From a virus, in the IMG/VR virus record IMGVR_UViG_3300044617_001156: DNA of 64,000 nt, one strand, 5' to 3'. Shown here one piece after another: positions 36,801-47,300 of the stretch. The notes under the pieces were generated by a model. It was not told the origin of the DNA, did not search any database, and saw only the letters and a program-made list of their open reading frames with translations. The number at the start of each line of letters is the position of its first letter. Positions within the stretch are counted from its first letter, which is position 1. The position numbers were made by a program, and so were the translations under genes.

Positions 36801-39800
36801 AACCAAAAAATGATGATCTTTTACCACAGTCAAAACAAGAAATTATATTTGATAACCAATTAGTTGGTGCAGGAGAAATTGTTTTTGTTAATAGTGAATT
36901 ATCGGGTTCTATTGTAGTTTCTGGTGTAGGAAGTACAACGTTTGTCTATACAATTCCTTTTGCTCCAGATGAAAGTTCATATAACACATCTAATGGACTT
37001 TTTGAATATGAAAGGTTTACTGGTAAAGGAAAAATAAAAACAACCACTATAGAATCTGGCGGATCTAAGTATAAATCATTGCCTTCAATATCTGAAGTAT
37101 TATCAACTCAGGGTGAAGATGGTTTATTATACTCTAATGGTGATAGTATTGGTTCTGTGAGTAATGTTGAAATTCAAGATATTGGATTCTCATATCCTTC
37201 AGATTTCACTCTTCGCCCATCAGCAAAACTTCCTGATATTCTAAAACTTTATACTCTTTCAATATTTGATAGAATTGGTATTTCTTCTCGCGGAGTTAAT
37301 TATGTAATACCACCAGATTTGGTAGTTATTGATGGAAAAACAAATCAACAATTAACAGATATAGATTTATCTTATGAACTCGGAGATAGTGAAGTTAAAA
37401 TTAATAAAAATGTATCCGGAATTTATGATATAAATCCAATTGTTCTACCAGTAAATAATTCAAATGGTATTGGAATTAATTCGATTACTTATAATTCAAC
37501 CACCAAAAATGTTACTGTATACTTAAAACCAAGTTTCAGTGATGTAGAATCTTTCCCATTTGCCGTTGGTGAAAGAATTCTTATTGAAGGTGTTGGCGTA
37601 GCATCATCCATTTCCACAATTAAAGGATATAATTCAGAAAATTATAATTATTCTCTATTCACTATAACATCCACTGATCCTAATATTGGAGGATCTAATG
37701 GTTCCATCACTTATAATTTATCAGAGTACCTTTCAACCGGAGAGTCTCCTGGTATTGTTAGTATCAATGGATTTGTAGTACCAGAGAGATACTTCCCTAT
37801 TTTTAATATCTCTCTGAAAAAATTATCATTTAGAACTAGTGAGATTATTTCTTCAAATTCTGCAAGTGGTATAGTACAACTGTGGGATTTTAGAAATAAC
37901 AATCTAAAGGTTGCAACAAATAATGACTTCGTAGTTGGAGAAGTTATTATTGGCGAGTCTTCTGGGGCAAGTGCAGTAATTGATGCAGTTTATAGTTCTG
38001 ATGCATCTTATAATGTTGGATCTTCTTCCATTGTAAGAAATGGTTGGTTTAAGGAGACTGGTTTCTTAAACACAGATACTCAAAGAATTCAAGATAGCGA
38101 TTATTATCAGTATTTCTCATACTCACTAAAATCTGAAATTTCCTTTGATCAGTGGGAAGATGGTGTTAGCACTTTGAATCACACTGCGGGATTTAAAAAG
38201 TTTAGTGATCTTGTAATTAATTCATCTTCAGGATTTATTGGATTATCAACGACTCAGGATAAATCAGAATTTACTGGAATTGCTGATCTGTATAATGTTA
38301 AGAGCCTTCATTGCTTTGATGATTATGATTTGGTATCTGAAAATAATATTACGATAAGCAATAAGCAGTATTCAGATAGAATAAAATTTAATTCCAAAAT
38401 TATCCAAGACTATATTGAATCTATCGGCAATAGAGTTTTAAAAATTGATGATATAAGTTCCCAGTTTAATAGTAATCCAAGATCAACTAGATTTAGTGAA
38501 GTTGATTCATTTGACATTGATGAATATAGATCTAAAAAATATGTTATTTACATATCAGATAGAAGATTCCCGACTGAAAAAGAAACCCTTTTAGTCACTC
38601 TTCTTCATGATAATAATATTGGTTATTTAAATCAATATGCTAGAGTTGAAACTGGAGAAGATCTAGGATATTTTGATTTCAGTGTTAGTGGAACTGAAGG
38701 AAGTCTATTATTCTATCCAAATAAATTTAGTGTTAATAATTACAGTTTAGAATATACTTCTTTCGGAATTAAAGATTCCATAGCAGGAATAGGAACTCAA
38801 AACTTAGGCAATGTAGTAAAAATTCATTCACACACTTCCAATATTTCTGTTGGAAATACTACTACAACTGTTGTAGGAATTGCATCAACTTATAGATCTT
38901 CTAAAGTTTTAGTTCAAATTGGTGCAACAGACAAGTCTTACTTTGAATTTAATGAAATTACTTTATTGCATAATAATCAAGATGTTTTCTTTATTGATTA
39001 TGGGCAATTGACGACTGGAAACTTTAGTCCTTATTCTTCATCTGGAATAGGAACATATCACGCTTATTTAAGTGGGTCTAACTTAAATCTAGATTTTATA
39101 TTGAACAGTGCTTCATCAGTAGAATATAACATCAATTCAATTGTTGTATCTATAGCAAATACTTCCTCTACGGGAATCGGATCTACTGCAGTTGGCGGAA
39201 GTCTTCTAGATTCTAATTATGTTTCTATTGCTTCTTCAACATCACCAGTATCAACTAACATTGCTCAGCATAGTACAACTTATAATTCATCTTATTATGT
39301 TGTATGTGTAGAAGATACTACAAATAGTAATTACCAAATATCCGAAATTGTAGTTACTAATCATAATACAGATTCTACAATTACAGAATATGGAATTGTA
39401 GAATCTAATGGAATTCTAGGCGATTTTGATTCTAGTATTTCTGGAACAAATGTTTATTTGAACTTTACTCCAATCCCAAATATTCAATGTCAGATTAGAG
39501 TATTCAAGGTTCACTCTGGACTAGATGAGACTGAGGGTGTAATTAACTTCATTAATTCTGATATTGATTCTTCATATGGATTATATCAAGGAACTGATAT
39601 TGATATTAAGAGGGAATTTGATCTTACGCACAATCTTCTTCCTATCTTCCAGAAAGAATTCAATGCCTCTCAGACAAATATTGTTGATGTTACTAATGAT
39701 TTAATTTACGTTCCTGGACATTATTTTGTAACTGGAGAAGAGGTTGAATATTCTTATCAAGGTGGTCCAATTGGAATTGCTACAACAACAATCACTGGAA

Positions 39801-42800
39801 TTGGAACAACAGATAAACTACCAAGTTCTGTTTATATTGTAAAAGTTGATGATCTGAATGTAAAGGTAAGTGCTTCTGCATCTGAAGCTTTACGTGCTGT
39901 TCCAAATGTTTTGAATATTACAAGTGTTGGCATCGGCAGTACTCACTTATTTACTAGTAAAAATCAAAACGCAAAAGCATTAATTTTAATTGATAACGTA
40001 ATTCAGTCACCAATTGTCGCTACTGCAATTACAACAACTCTTGCATCTAACGTTCAAGTGTTTGATGACTCAATATCATTCTCCGGAATTACTTCATTCT
40101 TCGGTGGAGATATGATTAAAATTGGTGACGAAATTATGAAAGTGACAGGTGTAGGCATTGGAAGTACCAATGTAGTATCTGTTGTCCGCCCTTGGATGGG
40201 AACTGGTATTGCAACTCATGCCATTGGAGCATTAATAACTAAAATTCAAGGCAATTATAATATTATTGATAATAGTATTAGTTTTTCGGCACCTCCATAC
40301 GGCAATGTTCCTATTGAAAATCCAGACAAATTTGACGAAACTGACTATACCGGAATTTCCACAAGTTCTACATTTGGTGGTAGAGTATTCTTAAGATCTG
40401 GAGTTGAAAATTCTATCAATGAAACCTACAGTAAAAATTATATTTTTGATGATATATCAGATAGATTTGATGGATTCACTTCTGAGTTTAGATTGACTTC
40501 GCAGAAGAATAATATTGCTGGGTTCTCTACAAGCAATTCGGTTCTGCTAATTAATAGTATCTTCCAACTACCTTCACGTCCAGGGGCTATTAGTGTAATT
40601 GGTGGATACGATCTTTCTGAAACCAGTGGTATCAGTAGTGTTACTTTTGTAGGAACCGCAACTTCAAATACATCAGATATTAATGCATCCAATCTTCCTA
40701 GAGGAGGAATTATAGTTTCTGTTGGATCTACTAAGGGATTTGGATATCAACCATTAGTTTCTGCTGGTGGAACCGCAGTAGTTTCTATTGCAGGTACAAT
40801 TCAATCCATTAGTATTGGAAACAGTGGTTCTGGATATAGAAGTGGTTATCAAGTTGTAAATGTTGGTGTCGGCACTTCAAGTCTATATGATCCAAATATC
40901 CAATTTATTGGTACTGCAGCAGTAAGTGGTGGCCGCATTGTAAGTGTTGCTGTTACAAATCCAGGAACTGGATATACATCCACTAACCCACCATATGTAT
41001 TCTTCGATGCTCCACTTTCTTATAGTAATATTCCATTGATTTACAGTTCAGAGTCAAAATCTGGAGTGGGAACCGAAGCAGTTGTTGATATTGTCGTGGG
41101 ACAAGGATCAAGTGTAATTAGTTTTGAAATTAAGAATTACGGTTATGCATATCAACCAGGAGAAATTCTTACTGTACCAATTACTGGTGTTGTAGGAATT
41201 CCTACTAATTCAACATTAACTTTTGATGAATTCCAGATCAGTATTGAAAGAACTTATAATGATGAGTTTTCTGGATGGACTATTGGAGATCTTCAGGTAT
41301 TAGATCCTATTGACTCTTTATTTGATGGTGAAAGAATAGAGTTTCCTATCAAGATCAATGGAAATCAAACTACTATTAGATCAAAAATTGGATCAAATAT
41401 TGATGTGGAATCAACATTATTGATCTTTATCAATGATGTTCTGCAAGTTCCAGGAGAAAGTTATATTTTCAAAGGAGGAAGTATAATTACATTCACAGAA
41501 CCACCTAAGGAAACTGATACATCAAAACTATTATTTTATAGGGGAACTGGTGATGTTGATACTAGTTTTACTGATATTCTAGAAACAGTTAAACCAGGAG
41601 ATACTCTTCAGATTAATTCTGACGATTCATTATACAAACAAACAAAGAGATCTGTAAATGAAATTGTATCTTCAGACATCGTAAGAACAAATGTATATTC
41701 TGGAACTGGTATTTCTAATGATGTTAATTTACTGAGACCGGTGACTTGGTGTAAGCAAATGACTGATCTTGTAATTGATGAGGTCAGTGTGACTAAAGAT
41801 AGAGTTCAATATGAACCTTATATTTACCCAGTAACCAATATCATACAAAATGTCACATCATCTTCAACTGAAATATTTGTAGAAAGCGTCAAAACTTTCT
41901 TTGATAGTGCTGATGAATATATTCAAAATGGAACTGCAGAAAAACCTCAGAAAAAGGTCTTAATTGTATCTCAGGATGAACTTGTTGGTGCAGCTGCATC
42001 TGCCGTTGTTTCGGTTGGTGGATCAATAACATCAATTAGCATCATTGGTGGTGGTGTTGGATATACTACTGCACCATCAGTTTCTATCTCATCTCCTGTT
42101 GGAATCGGGACAACTTTTGCAACTGCTACTGCATCAATTACTGCAGGTGTAGTTACTAGCATTACCGTATCTTATTCTGGTTATGGATATACTTCAACTA
42201 ATCCACCTCAAGTTCTAATTGAATCACCAATACCAAAATATGAAGAGATAAGAGATGTAAGTTATAGTGGAGATTTTGGAATTATAACAGGTATTTCTAC
42301 AGTTACAACAGGAATTGCTTCAACGGGCATTACATTTGACTTGTTTGTTCCTCGGAATTCTTATCTAAGAGATCTTTCTATTAACCAAGTTGGTGTTGCA
42401 ACTACTGGTATTAGTGGAATTCAAACTGGTTATTATTTTATTATTGATAATTCCAATGTCGGAAACGGAGTAACTTCACTTAACAGTGGTGGATCTGTAG
42501 TTGGTCTTGGATCAACATACCTAGATAACATTTACCAAGCAGTTGCAGTTTCAATTGCCCAGACTAGTGTTCCTGGCGTAGGAGTTACTTATGTGACTCG
42601 AGTCACTGTAAGTGTTAGAAATTACAATGGATTAACTGGAATTGGACGTAGTTCTTATTTTGGAAATTATTCCTGGGGTAGATTATCAAATCTCACTAGA
42701 ACTGAACCAAACTCCTTTGGAATTTATAACAATGGTATTGCTGGTATTTCAACATCACCTACTGTAAGAAGATTCAATAAACTAAAGTATTCAAATTACA

Positions 42801-42808
42801 CCTCATAA
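30890..42808 (+). CDS. gp7: baseplate wedge initiator gp7-like giant structural protein (3972 aa)
   Basis: Position between gp6 and gp8; FYSSKGT..SFEILFRALYG, IQDSDYYQYFSYSLKS, YHYH-like HSPIIGWAYDGNPIYGPYG. Confidence 0.85.
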   Translation: MTESRIKISSIVENQLPDYVKEEFPLVSEFLSQYYQAIENQGSTLDILQNIDRYVKVDNLTNLTDSTQTTSDVSLFDTTINVESTYGFPDSYGLIMIDNEIITYKGKTATSFTECVRGFVGIEEYYNNDQLKFSDTNVETHSNGSVVENLSILFLKEFFNKVKTQVTPGFEDRSLNSEINQGLFIKQSNDFYSSKGTAHSFEILFRALYGKDVEVILPRDFLIQPSDAQYRITKDLVVEAIEGDPSDLVNLTLYQDSIYNIPESRGTISNVEKIIRGDKEYYVISLDFGYDNLNETGLTLGDFTVHPRTRNIVDIASGSDTLTVDSTLGFPSSGVLVVNLENGTQLSVNYESKSSTQFHGCIGITQDISKNSELNLDIFAFGYADIEQTQIVKVRVTGVLSNVLLDSPTKYYDKGDLIKIRTLGKETDDFRANKWLFNISSTHNIKSVVELDSLNFKYRIDLFDQHLFYIGDSVTIIPPQAQPVSEVKGVISSIKNSTSIIVSTEQRLISFVPFQIRKNIVNVLSSNNLSLNKYTANVQNTYLDGINSVYVTSPSLPYYLNNSLIIRDKIVTFSGTFFGDTLSIPNHKFYTGDRIVYNPDDANNKLDLSSGKYFVRRVDLNTIKLSRSLSDLFNDSYVSVSGTVTNNVFYYEPFTFENLSAKTVQTQKLIRQIANPVTTNTRTITPAGFTGIFINGVELLNYKSNDYIYYGPITSVDVLSGGFNYDAINPPLMQVSDSVGSGATAYCIINGSLSRIDVIDGGINYLETPRVIITGGNGFGASAVANLESYDYSVSFNSNQSAGYVNLANNTIGFSSFHKLNSGDELIYQTNQQQGIGGITTNSSYFASIVDASTIKLHTKLSDAVTGINTINLSSPYGEGVHTLKSKFKKRKIRSLTVINTGSNYRNRRLSVDSVGISTANNSINIANHNFNNKDVVAYQTTGSAINGLNTSKYYYVRKIDNDNFRLFDQYTTDDKQLIDFYYETNQPVNLTSVGSGLHIFRDKPIQVQLIGSVGVTTFTNQTFDAELQLIFRGPVESVFVEDGGSGYGSEEILNYNRQPEFILKSGTGAEVRPVILNGSIAEVFVVSSGTGYNSPPDLFVESPGGYGAILTPVVDQGLLIEVKVISGGVGYGQSTTTIDVLSAGQEAKFNANIKSWNVNLVERNIDSEEIRDDDGIIAESLKEDFGLEYSHAYAPRNLRRSAFSEKFVSGEAIYVPDLNIQNGRETLSDAHSPIIGWAYDGNPIYGPYGYSTPSGGSPKLLKSGYSISLQDNRPSLNLYPEGFFVEDYEYIGDGDLDQSNGRFCITPEYPNGTYAYFATVSDIIETAGIFANYRKPTFPYAIGDYYHSTANSLNFSPLSNQDDFDLNTTGLLRNTTPYYLTSDNSSYEFIKNPNKIKEQNSKVTNVSSGAVTSIDIINSGDDYNVGDSILFNSSGTGGRGAKAYVSSIEGKEIVGISITTTEIDNVELIGNIGISSSQLDLKSGDFLTIQGKFPNDFSISQRIDVIGNKLILSSGIGSASYTGIVTYMSVYPPINASVNNLFYLGNEIIKILDTDFANSRVRILRNQNGTTGVSSYSPGYALTESSTKFIYNSAGLAVTFFDNRELYFNPVESVGLGTTSGVGIGLTLYFTNPGSGGTSIFVPTRTIYIPGHEIPTGTILLYRSNNGSPLSISTDGISSFNLTNNSIVYSARISEDLIGISTVLVGLGTTGTFVGVGSTNVGTLLYFTGIGTGVYHSLKLNPTKTVKADLSKNTVNVSTAETHGMLIGESISITASPQLSTSVSVYYNDYNRRLYINPLSFGAADVDIVSKTITLENHKLATGQSVIFRQTTPVGGLVDNKIYYVIYYGKNSIKLAESIYDASIDKVLNITSTGSGTISPINPQIFVTRNNTINFDLSDSSLSFTNNTVDYSAFDFKIYKNPNFTEEFNKTLNSSTFNVIKTGIIGIDTNASISLTLNDEFPDRLYYRLEPKNDDLLPQSKQEIIFDNQLVGAGEIVFVNSELSGSIVVSGVGSTTFVYTIPFAPDESSYNTSNGLFEYERFTGKGKIKTTTIESGGSKYKSLPSISEVLSTQGEDGLLYSNGDSIGSVSNVEIQDIGFSYPSDFTLRPSAKLPDILKLYTLSIFDRIGISSRGVNYVIPPDLVVIDGKTNQQLTDIDLSYELGDSEVKINKNVSGIYDINPIVLPVNNSNGIGINSITYNSTTKNVTVYLKPSFSDVESFPFAVGERILIEGVGVASSISTIKGYNSENYNYSLFTITSTDPNIGGSNGSITYNLSEYLSTGESPGIVSINGFVVPERYFPIFNISLKKLSFRTSEIISSNSASGIVQLWDFRNNNLKVATNNDFVVGEVIIGESSGASAVIDAVYSSDASYNVGSSSIVRNGWFKETGFLNTDTQRIQDSDYYQYFSYSLKSEISFDQWEDGVSTLNHTAGFKKFSDLVINSSSGFIGLSTTQDKSEFTGIADLYNVKSLHCFDDYDLVSENNITISNKQYSDRIKFNSKIIQDYIESIGNRVLKIDDISSQFNSNPRSTRFSEVDSFDIDEYRSKKYVIYISDRRFPTEKETLLVTLLHDNNIGYLNQYARVETGEDLGYFDFSVSGTEGSLLFYPNKFSVNNYSLEYTSFGIKDSIAGIGTQNLGNVVKIHSHTSNISVGNTTTTVVGIASTYRSSKVLVQIGATDKSYFEFNEITLLHNNQDVFFIDYGQLTTGNFSPYSSSGIGTYHAYLSGSNLNLDFILNSASSVEYNINSIVVSIANTSSTGIGSTAVGGSLLDSNYVSIASSTSPVSTNIAQHSTTYNSSYYVVCVEDTTNSNYQISEIVVTNHNTDSTITEYGIVESNGILGDFDSSISGTNVYLNFTPIPNIQCQIRVFKVHSGLDETEGVINFINSDIDSSYGLYQGTDIDIKREFDLTHNLLPIFQKEFNASQTNIVDVTNDLIYVPGHYFVTGEEVEYSYQGGPIGIATTTITGIGTTDKLPSSVYIVKVDDLNVKVSASASEALRAVPNVLNITSVGIGSTHLFTSKNQNAKALILIDNVIQSPIVATAITTTLASNVQVFDDSISFSGITSFFGGDMIKIGDEIMKVTGVGIGSTNVVSVVRPWMGTGIATHAIGALITKIQGNYNIIDNSISFSAPPYGNVPIENPDKFDETDYTGISTSSTFGGRVFLRSGVENSINETYSKNYIFDDISDRFDGFTSEFRLTSQKNNIAGFSTSNSVLLINSIFQLPSRPGAISVIGGYDLSETSGISSVTFVGTATSNTSDINASNLPRGGIIVSVGSTKGFGYQPLVSAGGTAVVSIAGTIQSISIGNSGSGYRSGYQVVNVGVGTSSLYDPNIQFIGTAAVSGGRIVSVAVTNPGTGYTSTNPPYVFFDAPLSYSNIPLIYSSESKSGVGTEAVVDIVVGQGSSVISFEIKNYGYAYQPGEILTVPITGVVGIPTNSTLTFDEFQISIERTYNDEFSGWTIGDLQVLDPIDSLFDGERIEFPIKINGNQTTIRSKIGSNIDVESTLLIFINDVLQVPGESYIFKGGSIITFTEPPKETDTSKLLFYRGTGDVDTSFTDILETVKPGDTLQINSDDSLYKQTKRSVNEIVSSDIVRTNVYSGTGISNDVNLLRPVTWCKQMTDLVIDEVSVTKDRVQYEPYIYPVTNIIQNVTSSSTEIFVESVKTFFDSADEYIQNGTAEKPQKKVLIVSQDELVGAAASAVVSVGGSITSISIIGGGVGYTTAPSVSISSPVGIGTTFATATASITAGVVTSITVSYSGYGYTSTNPPQVLIESPIPKYEEIRDVSYSGDFGIITGISTVTTGIASTGITFDLFVPRNSYLRDLSINQVGVATTGISGIQTGYYFIIDNSNVGNGVTSLNSGGSVVGLGSTYLDNIYQAVAVSIAQTSVPGVGVTYVTRVTVSVRNYNGLTGIGRSSYFGNYSWGRLSNLTRTEPNSFGIYNNGIAGISTSPTVRRFNKLKYSNYTS

Positions 42809-42829
42809 ATAGATAAAAAACTCTGTAAA

Positions 42830-44383
42830 ATGTCTGCAATTATAACTGACCAATTAAGAATACTGAATGCGAAGAGTTTTGTTTCGGGAATAACAACCAC
42901 CGATAATGCTTATTACTCTTTTATAGGATTACCTAACGCAACTGATTATTCTTCAACCTGGGATGTTACTCCTCCTGCACCTATTGATAATTTTGATCAG
43001 GAGAATGACTATTACGATACTATGATTGCTTTGAAGAGAATTAGATCTGATGACGTAAGACAGATGATTAGGAAGGTTACCTGGTCATCTGGAACAACTT
43101 ATGATATGTATCGCCACGATATTAGTCGCAATAATACTTCAAAACCATCTGGAGCTACAAGTCTTTATTACGCAAATTATTACGTATTGAATAGTGATTA
43201 TCGAGTTTATATTTGCCTAGATAATGGAATAAGTCCAGAAACTCCAAGTGGAAGACCTTCACTGGATGAACCAACTTTCACTGATCTAGAACCAAGATCG
43301 GCAGGAAATAGTGGCGATGGATATATTTGGAAATATCTTTATACAATTAGACCTAGTGAAATTGTAAAATTTGATTCTACTGATTACATACCCGTTCCTA
43401 TTGACTGGGAAACGAGTGATAGGGACTCCGCAGTTAGAAATAATGCAACAACAAGCGGACAGTTGAAGGTTATAACAATCACTAATCGTGGTGTTGGTGT
43501 TGGAACTGCAAACAGAGTTTATAGTAGAGTGCCAATTAGAGGTGATGGAACTGGAGCAGAAGCAACTATTCTAGTCAACAGTGAGTCAAAAGTAGAATCT
43601 ATTACTATTTCAAATGGGGGATCTGGATATACTTATGGTTCAGTTGATTTAGAAACTGGTGGTGTACCCACCGGAACAACAAGACCTACTTTTGATGTAA
43701 TCATTCCACCAAAAGGAGGTCACGGAGCAGATATTTACAGAGAACTTGGTGCTTTTAATGTTTTAGTTTATTCTAGAATTGAAAATGATGACCAAAATCC
43801 AGATTTTATAACTGGAAACCAAATCGCGAGAATTGGTTTAGTTGAAAACCCAGAAGCGTTCAATTCAACTAATATACTTGATGTAAATAGGGCAAGTGCA
43901 GTATATGCTATTAAATTATCTGGTATAGCATATAGTACAACCACATTTGATGCAGATTCAAGAATTTTCCAAACAGTTGGAACAGGAATAACTGCAGTAG
44001 GAAGAGTTATCTCTTACAATCAAAATACTGGAGTTCTTAAATATTGGCAAGACAGAACCTTCGTTGGATTCAATACTAATGGAACTCAAAATAATTCTCC
44101 ACAATATGGATTTAACTTGACTAGATTTACTGCTTCTCCATCTACTGGAGGAAGTGTTACGATTACTGGAGGTTCTTCGAATCTGGGAATTGATACTACG
44201 TTTACTGGCGTCACCACCACTATAAATAATAGAAATTATTATCTGGGACAGTCCTTCGCAAATGGAGTGTCCAATCCAGAAGTTAAAAAATACTCTGGAA
44301 ACATTATTTACGTGGACAATAGACCATCAATAACCAGGTCTCAAAACCAAAAAGAAGATATAAAAGTTATTTTGCAATTCTAA
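42830..44383 (+). CDS. gp8: baseplate wedge subunit gp8
   Basis: MSAIITDQLRILNA, VYICLDN, DGYIWKYLYTI, QKEDIKVILQF; CATAAATA upstream. Confidence 0.93.
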   Translation: MSAIITDQLRILNAKSFVSGITTTDNAYYSFIGLPNATDYSSTWDVTPPAPIDNFDQENDYYDTMIALKRIRSDDVRQMIRKVTWSSGTTYDMYRHDISRNNTSKPSGATSLYYANYYVLNSDYRVYICLDNGISPETPSGRPSLDEPTFTDLEPRSAGNSGDGYIWKYLYTIRPSEIVKFDSTDYIPVPIDWETSDRDSAVRNNATTSGQLKVITITNRGVGVGTANRVYSRVPIRGDGTGAEATILVNSESKVESITISNGGSGYTYGSVDLETGGVPTGTTRPTFDVIIPPKGGHGADIYRELGAFNVLVYSRIENDDQNPDFITGNQIARIGLVENPEAFNSTNILDVNRASAVYAIKLSGIAYSTTTFDADSRIFQTVGTGITAVGRVISYNQNTGVLKYWQDRTFVGFNTNGTQNNSPQYGFNLTRFTASPSTGGSVTITGGSSNLGIDTTFTGVTTTINNRNYYLGQSFANGVSNPEVKKYSGNIIYVDNRPSITRSQNQKEDIKVILQF

Positions 44384-44389
44384 AAAATT

Positions 44390-47300
44390 ATGCCTCAAGA
44401 AACTAATCTCAATGTATCTCCATATTTTGATGATTTTGATGCGAATAAGAACTTTTATAAGGTTCTTTTTAAACCTGGACAACCAGTACAAGCAAGAGAA
44501 CTAACCACTCTACAATCAATACTCCAAAATCAAATTGAAACCTTCGGAAATCATATTTTCAAAGAGGGTTCATTGGTAATTCCCGGTGGATTGAATTATA
44601 TTCCTAACCTCATAGGAGTGCAAATTCAACCTACTTTTAATGGAGTATCTGTAGATAGTTACATTGATAATTTATTAAATCGGGACATTATAGGAGAAGA
44701 TTCTGGTGCTAGAGCTAGGGTTGTAAGAATACTCAAAGCAGGAGAAGAGGGTAATCCATTTACCCTTTTGTATTGTACATTTAAATCTGATGCAAATTCT
44801 TTCTTAAGTCAGGAAAATTTACTAACCGAGTCTGTAGTATCTCCAGGATTCTCTACATTAACTCAGATAAATTCAGGACAATCTTTCTGTACGACAATTG
44901 TAGAAAATCCAAATGTACTTGGTTCTGCTCTTATTGTAAATGAGGGAGTATATTTTATCCGTGGATATTTCATAAATGTACCAACTCAAAATATTATTTT
45001 AGATTGGAACAATAATTTTCCGTCTTATAGTGTTGGATTTGAAATATTTGAGGAAATTATTACCGCAGATGATGATTCCTCTTTATATGATAATGCAAGA
45101 GGATTTTCTAACTTTGCAGCTCCTGGTTCAGATAGATTCAAGATTACTGCAGTATTAGATAAAAGACAGATTACTGTTAATGAAACCAATTCAGTAACCG
45201 ATAAAAATTATGTTGAAATTTTTAGAGTTCTTGAAGGAGATCTTAAAAAATTAAATCGCAATGCTCAATATGATGAAATTGCAAAGGAATTTGCCAGAAG
45301 AACTTATGATGAATCTGGAGATTATTATGTAAGACCATTTACAATAGAAGTAAAAGAATCTTTAAATGATTTCCTAGGAAACGATGGTGCTTATTTTCCC
45401 GAGGAAATTACTTCTCAGGGACTAACACCAAGTGAAGACTTAGGTGTTTATAAAATATCTGCAGGTAAGGCATATATTCAAGGATATGAAGTAGAAAATT
45501 TAGGAACTCAACTTTTAGATTTTGTAAAACCAAGAACTACAAAAGAACTTAGAAATCAATATATCAATTTTGCCAATGGTTCATCATTTACTTTAAATCG
45601 TGTTTATGGAGCTCCTTCTTTAGAAATAGATGGTTCTTATATCGTAAGCCTCAGAGATTCTAGAGTTGGCGTATCTCAGACTACTGCTCCGGGGAAAGAA
45701 ATTGGATTGGCAAGAGTTTATGATTTTGCTTTAGAATCTGGTCTTTATAATGAAAGTGTGGAGAATCTCAATGAATGGGATATTTCATTGTATGATATTC
45801 AAATGTATAATGAATTTACATTGAATGAACCAACTACACTAACGATTCCAACTCATATTAAAGGAAAAGCAAGTGGAGCAACTGCGTTTTTACGATATGC
45901 AACATCTAACTCTGGAATTATCACTGCATACAATATTGAAGGAAACTTCCAAGTTGGAGAAAAGTTAATATTTGATGATAAAGAAACTAATGCAAGAGTT
46001 TCAATAGCAGTAACTGAGTATGGGGTATCTGATGTAAGTTCTTTATATGGAATTGTTGGTACAGCATATACTTTTACTGGAGATGTTAAACCCATTGTTG
46101 TTGCAGATTTTGGTCCAGTTTCAATTAGTACCGCTTCTGTTGGAATTAGCACTGTACGCACAAGTAATCCAGATTTATTCTTTAATGTAGCACTAAAGAA
46201 AAACGATATAGTAACATATAATGTTCCTGGAATTTCTACTTTTACATACTCACGGGTAGTATCAGTATCAGAAAAATCATTTACTATTGCAGGAATTACC
46301 ACCGTTGCCGGAATATGTGAAGGTGCGTTACCTTCATCTGCGGTTAATTTAAATAATATCTTCTTACTAAAGTCTCCGCTTAAAGAATCATCAAATAACA
46401 CTTTATTTACACCTCTACCCAAAGAAAATGTATCAACGGTAGATTTAACAGATTCATATCTGTTTATTAGAAGAGAGTTTGACGTACAAATTTCGGCAAA
46501 TGCAGTTACAATTTCTCCGACGGCATTAGAATCAACCGAGTTTTTCGTTCCATTTGATGAGGAAGACTATGTGTTAGTTAGGAAAGATGGAGAATTAGAA
46601 CCACTTTCTTCAGATAAGTTCTCATTTACTGATAATAATAGAGGGCTTTCAATATTTGGTCTTGGAACTAATAGTGATGCAAGACTCATAGCAACTATTC
46701 AAAGAGTTAAAATTAAGGCAAAACAAAAGAATAAGATTAAAATTTCAACTCTTACTCTAGATAAATCTTCAAATCCAGGTTCTGGAATTGGCGCTACTAC
46801 ATTAAATGATGGATTAGTTTATGGAAATTATCCTTATGGAACAAGAGTTCAAGACTCTGAAATTTGTTTAAATTATCCGGATGTAAGTAAGATTTATGGG
46901 GTTTTTGAATCAAGTAATACTTCTGATCCTATTTTACCATCACTTTCATTAATTGATATTAATGGTGCAAATGGAACAGTTGATGATTTAATTATTGGTG
47001 AGGAAATTTATGGATCTAATAGTCTTGCTGTGGGAAGATATGTAGGTAAAGTGAATTCAACCACAATAAATTATGTTTTGATTTCTGATAATACATTTTT
47101 GGAGGATGAAATAATTACCTTCAGAGAATCTGGAACAAGTGGAACTATTAATACTATAGAGATAAGTTCTAATGATATTTCGGACAACTATACTTTTTCT
47201 CAAGGAACAAAAAATTACATTTATGATTATTCATCCTTACTATTAAATAAAGATAAACTTCCACCATCCAAAAAAATAACACTTGTTTTTGAAAGAGGAG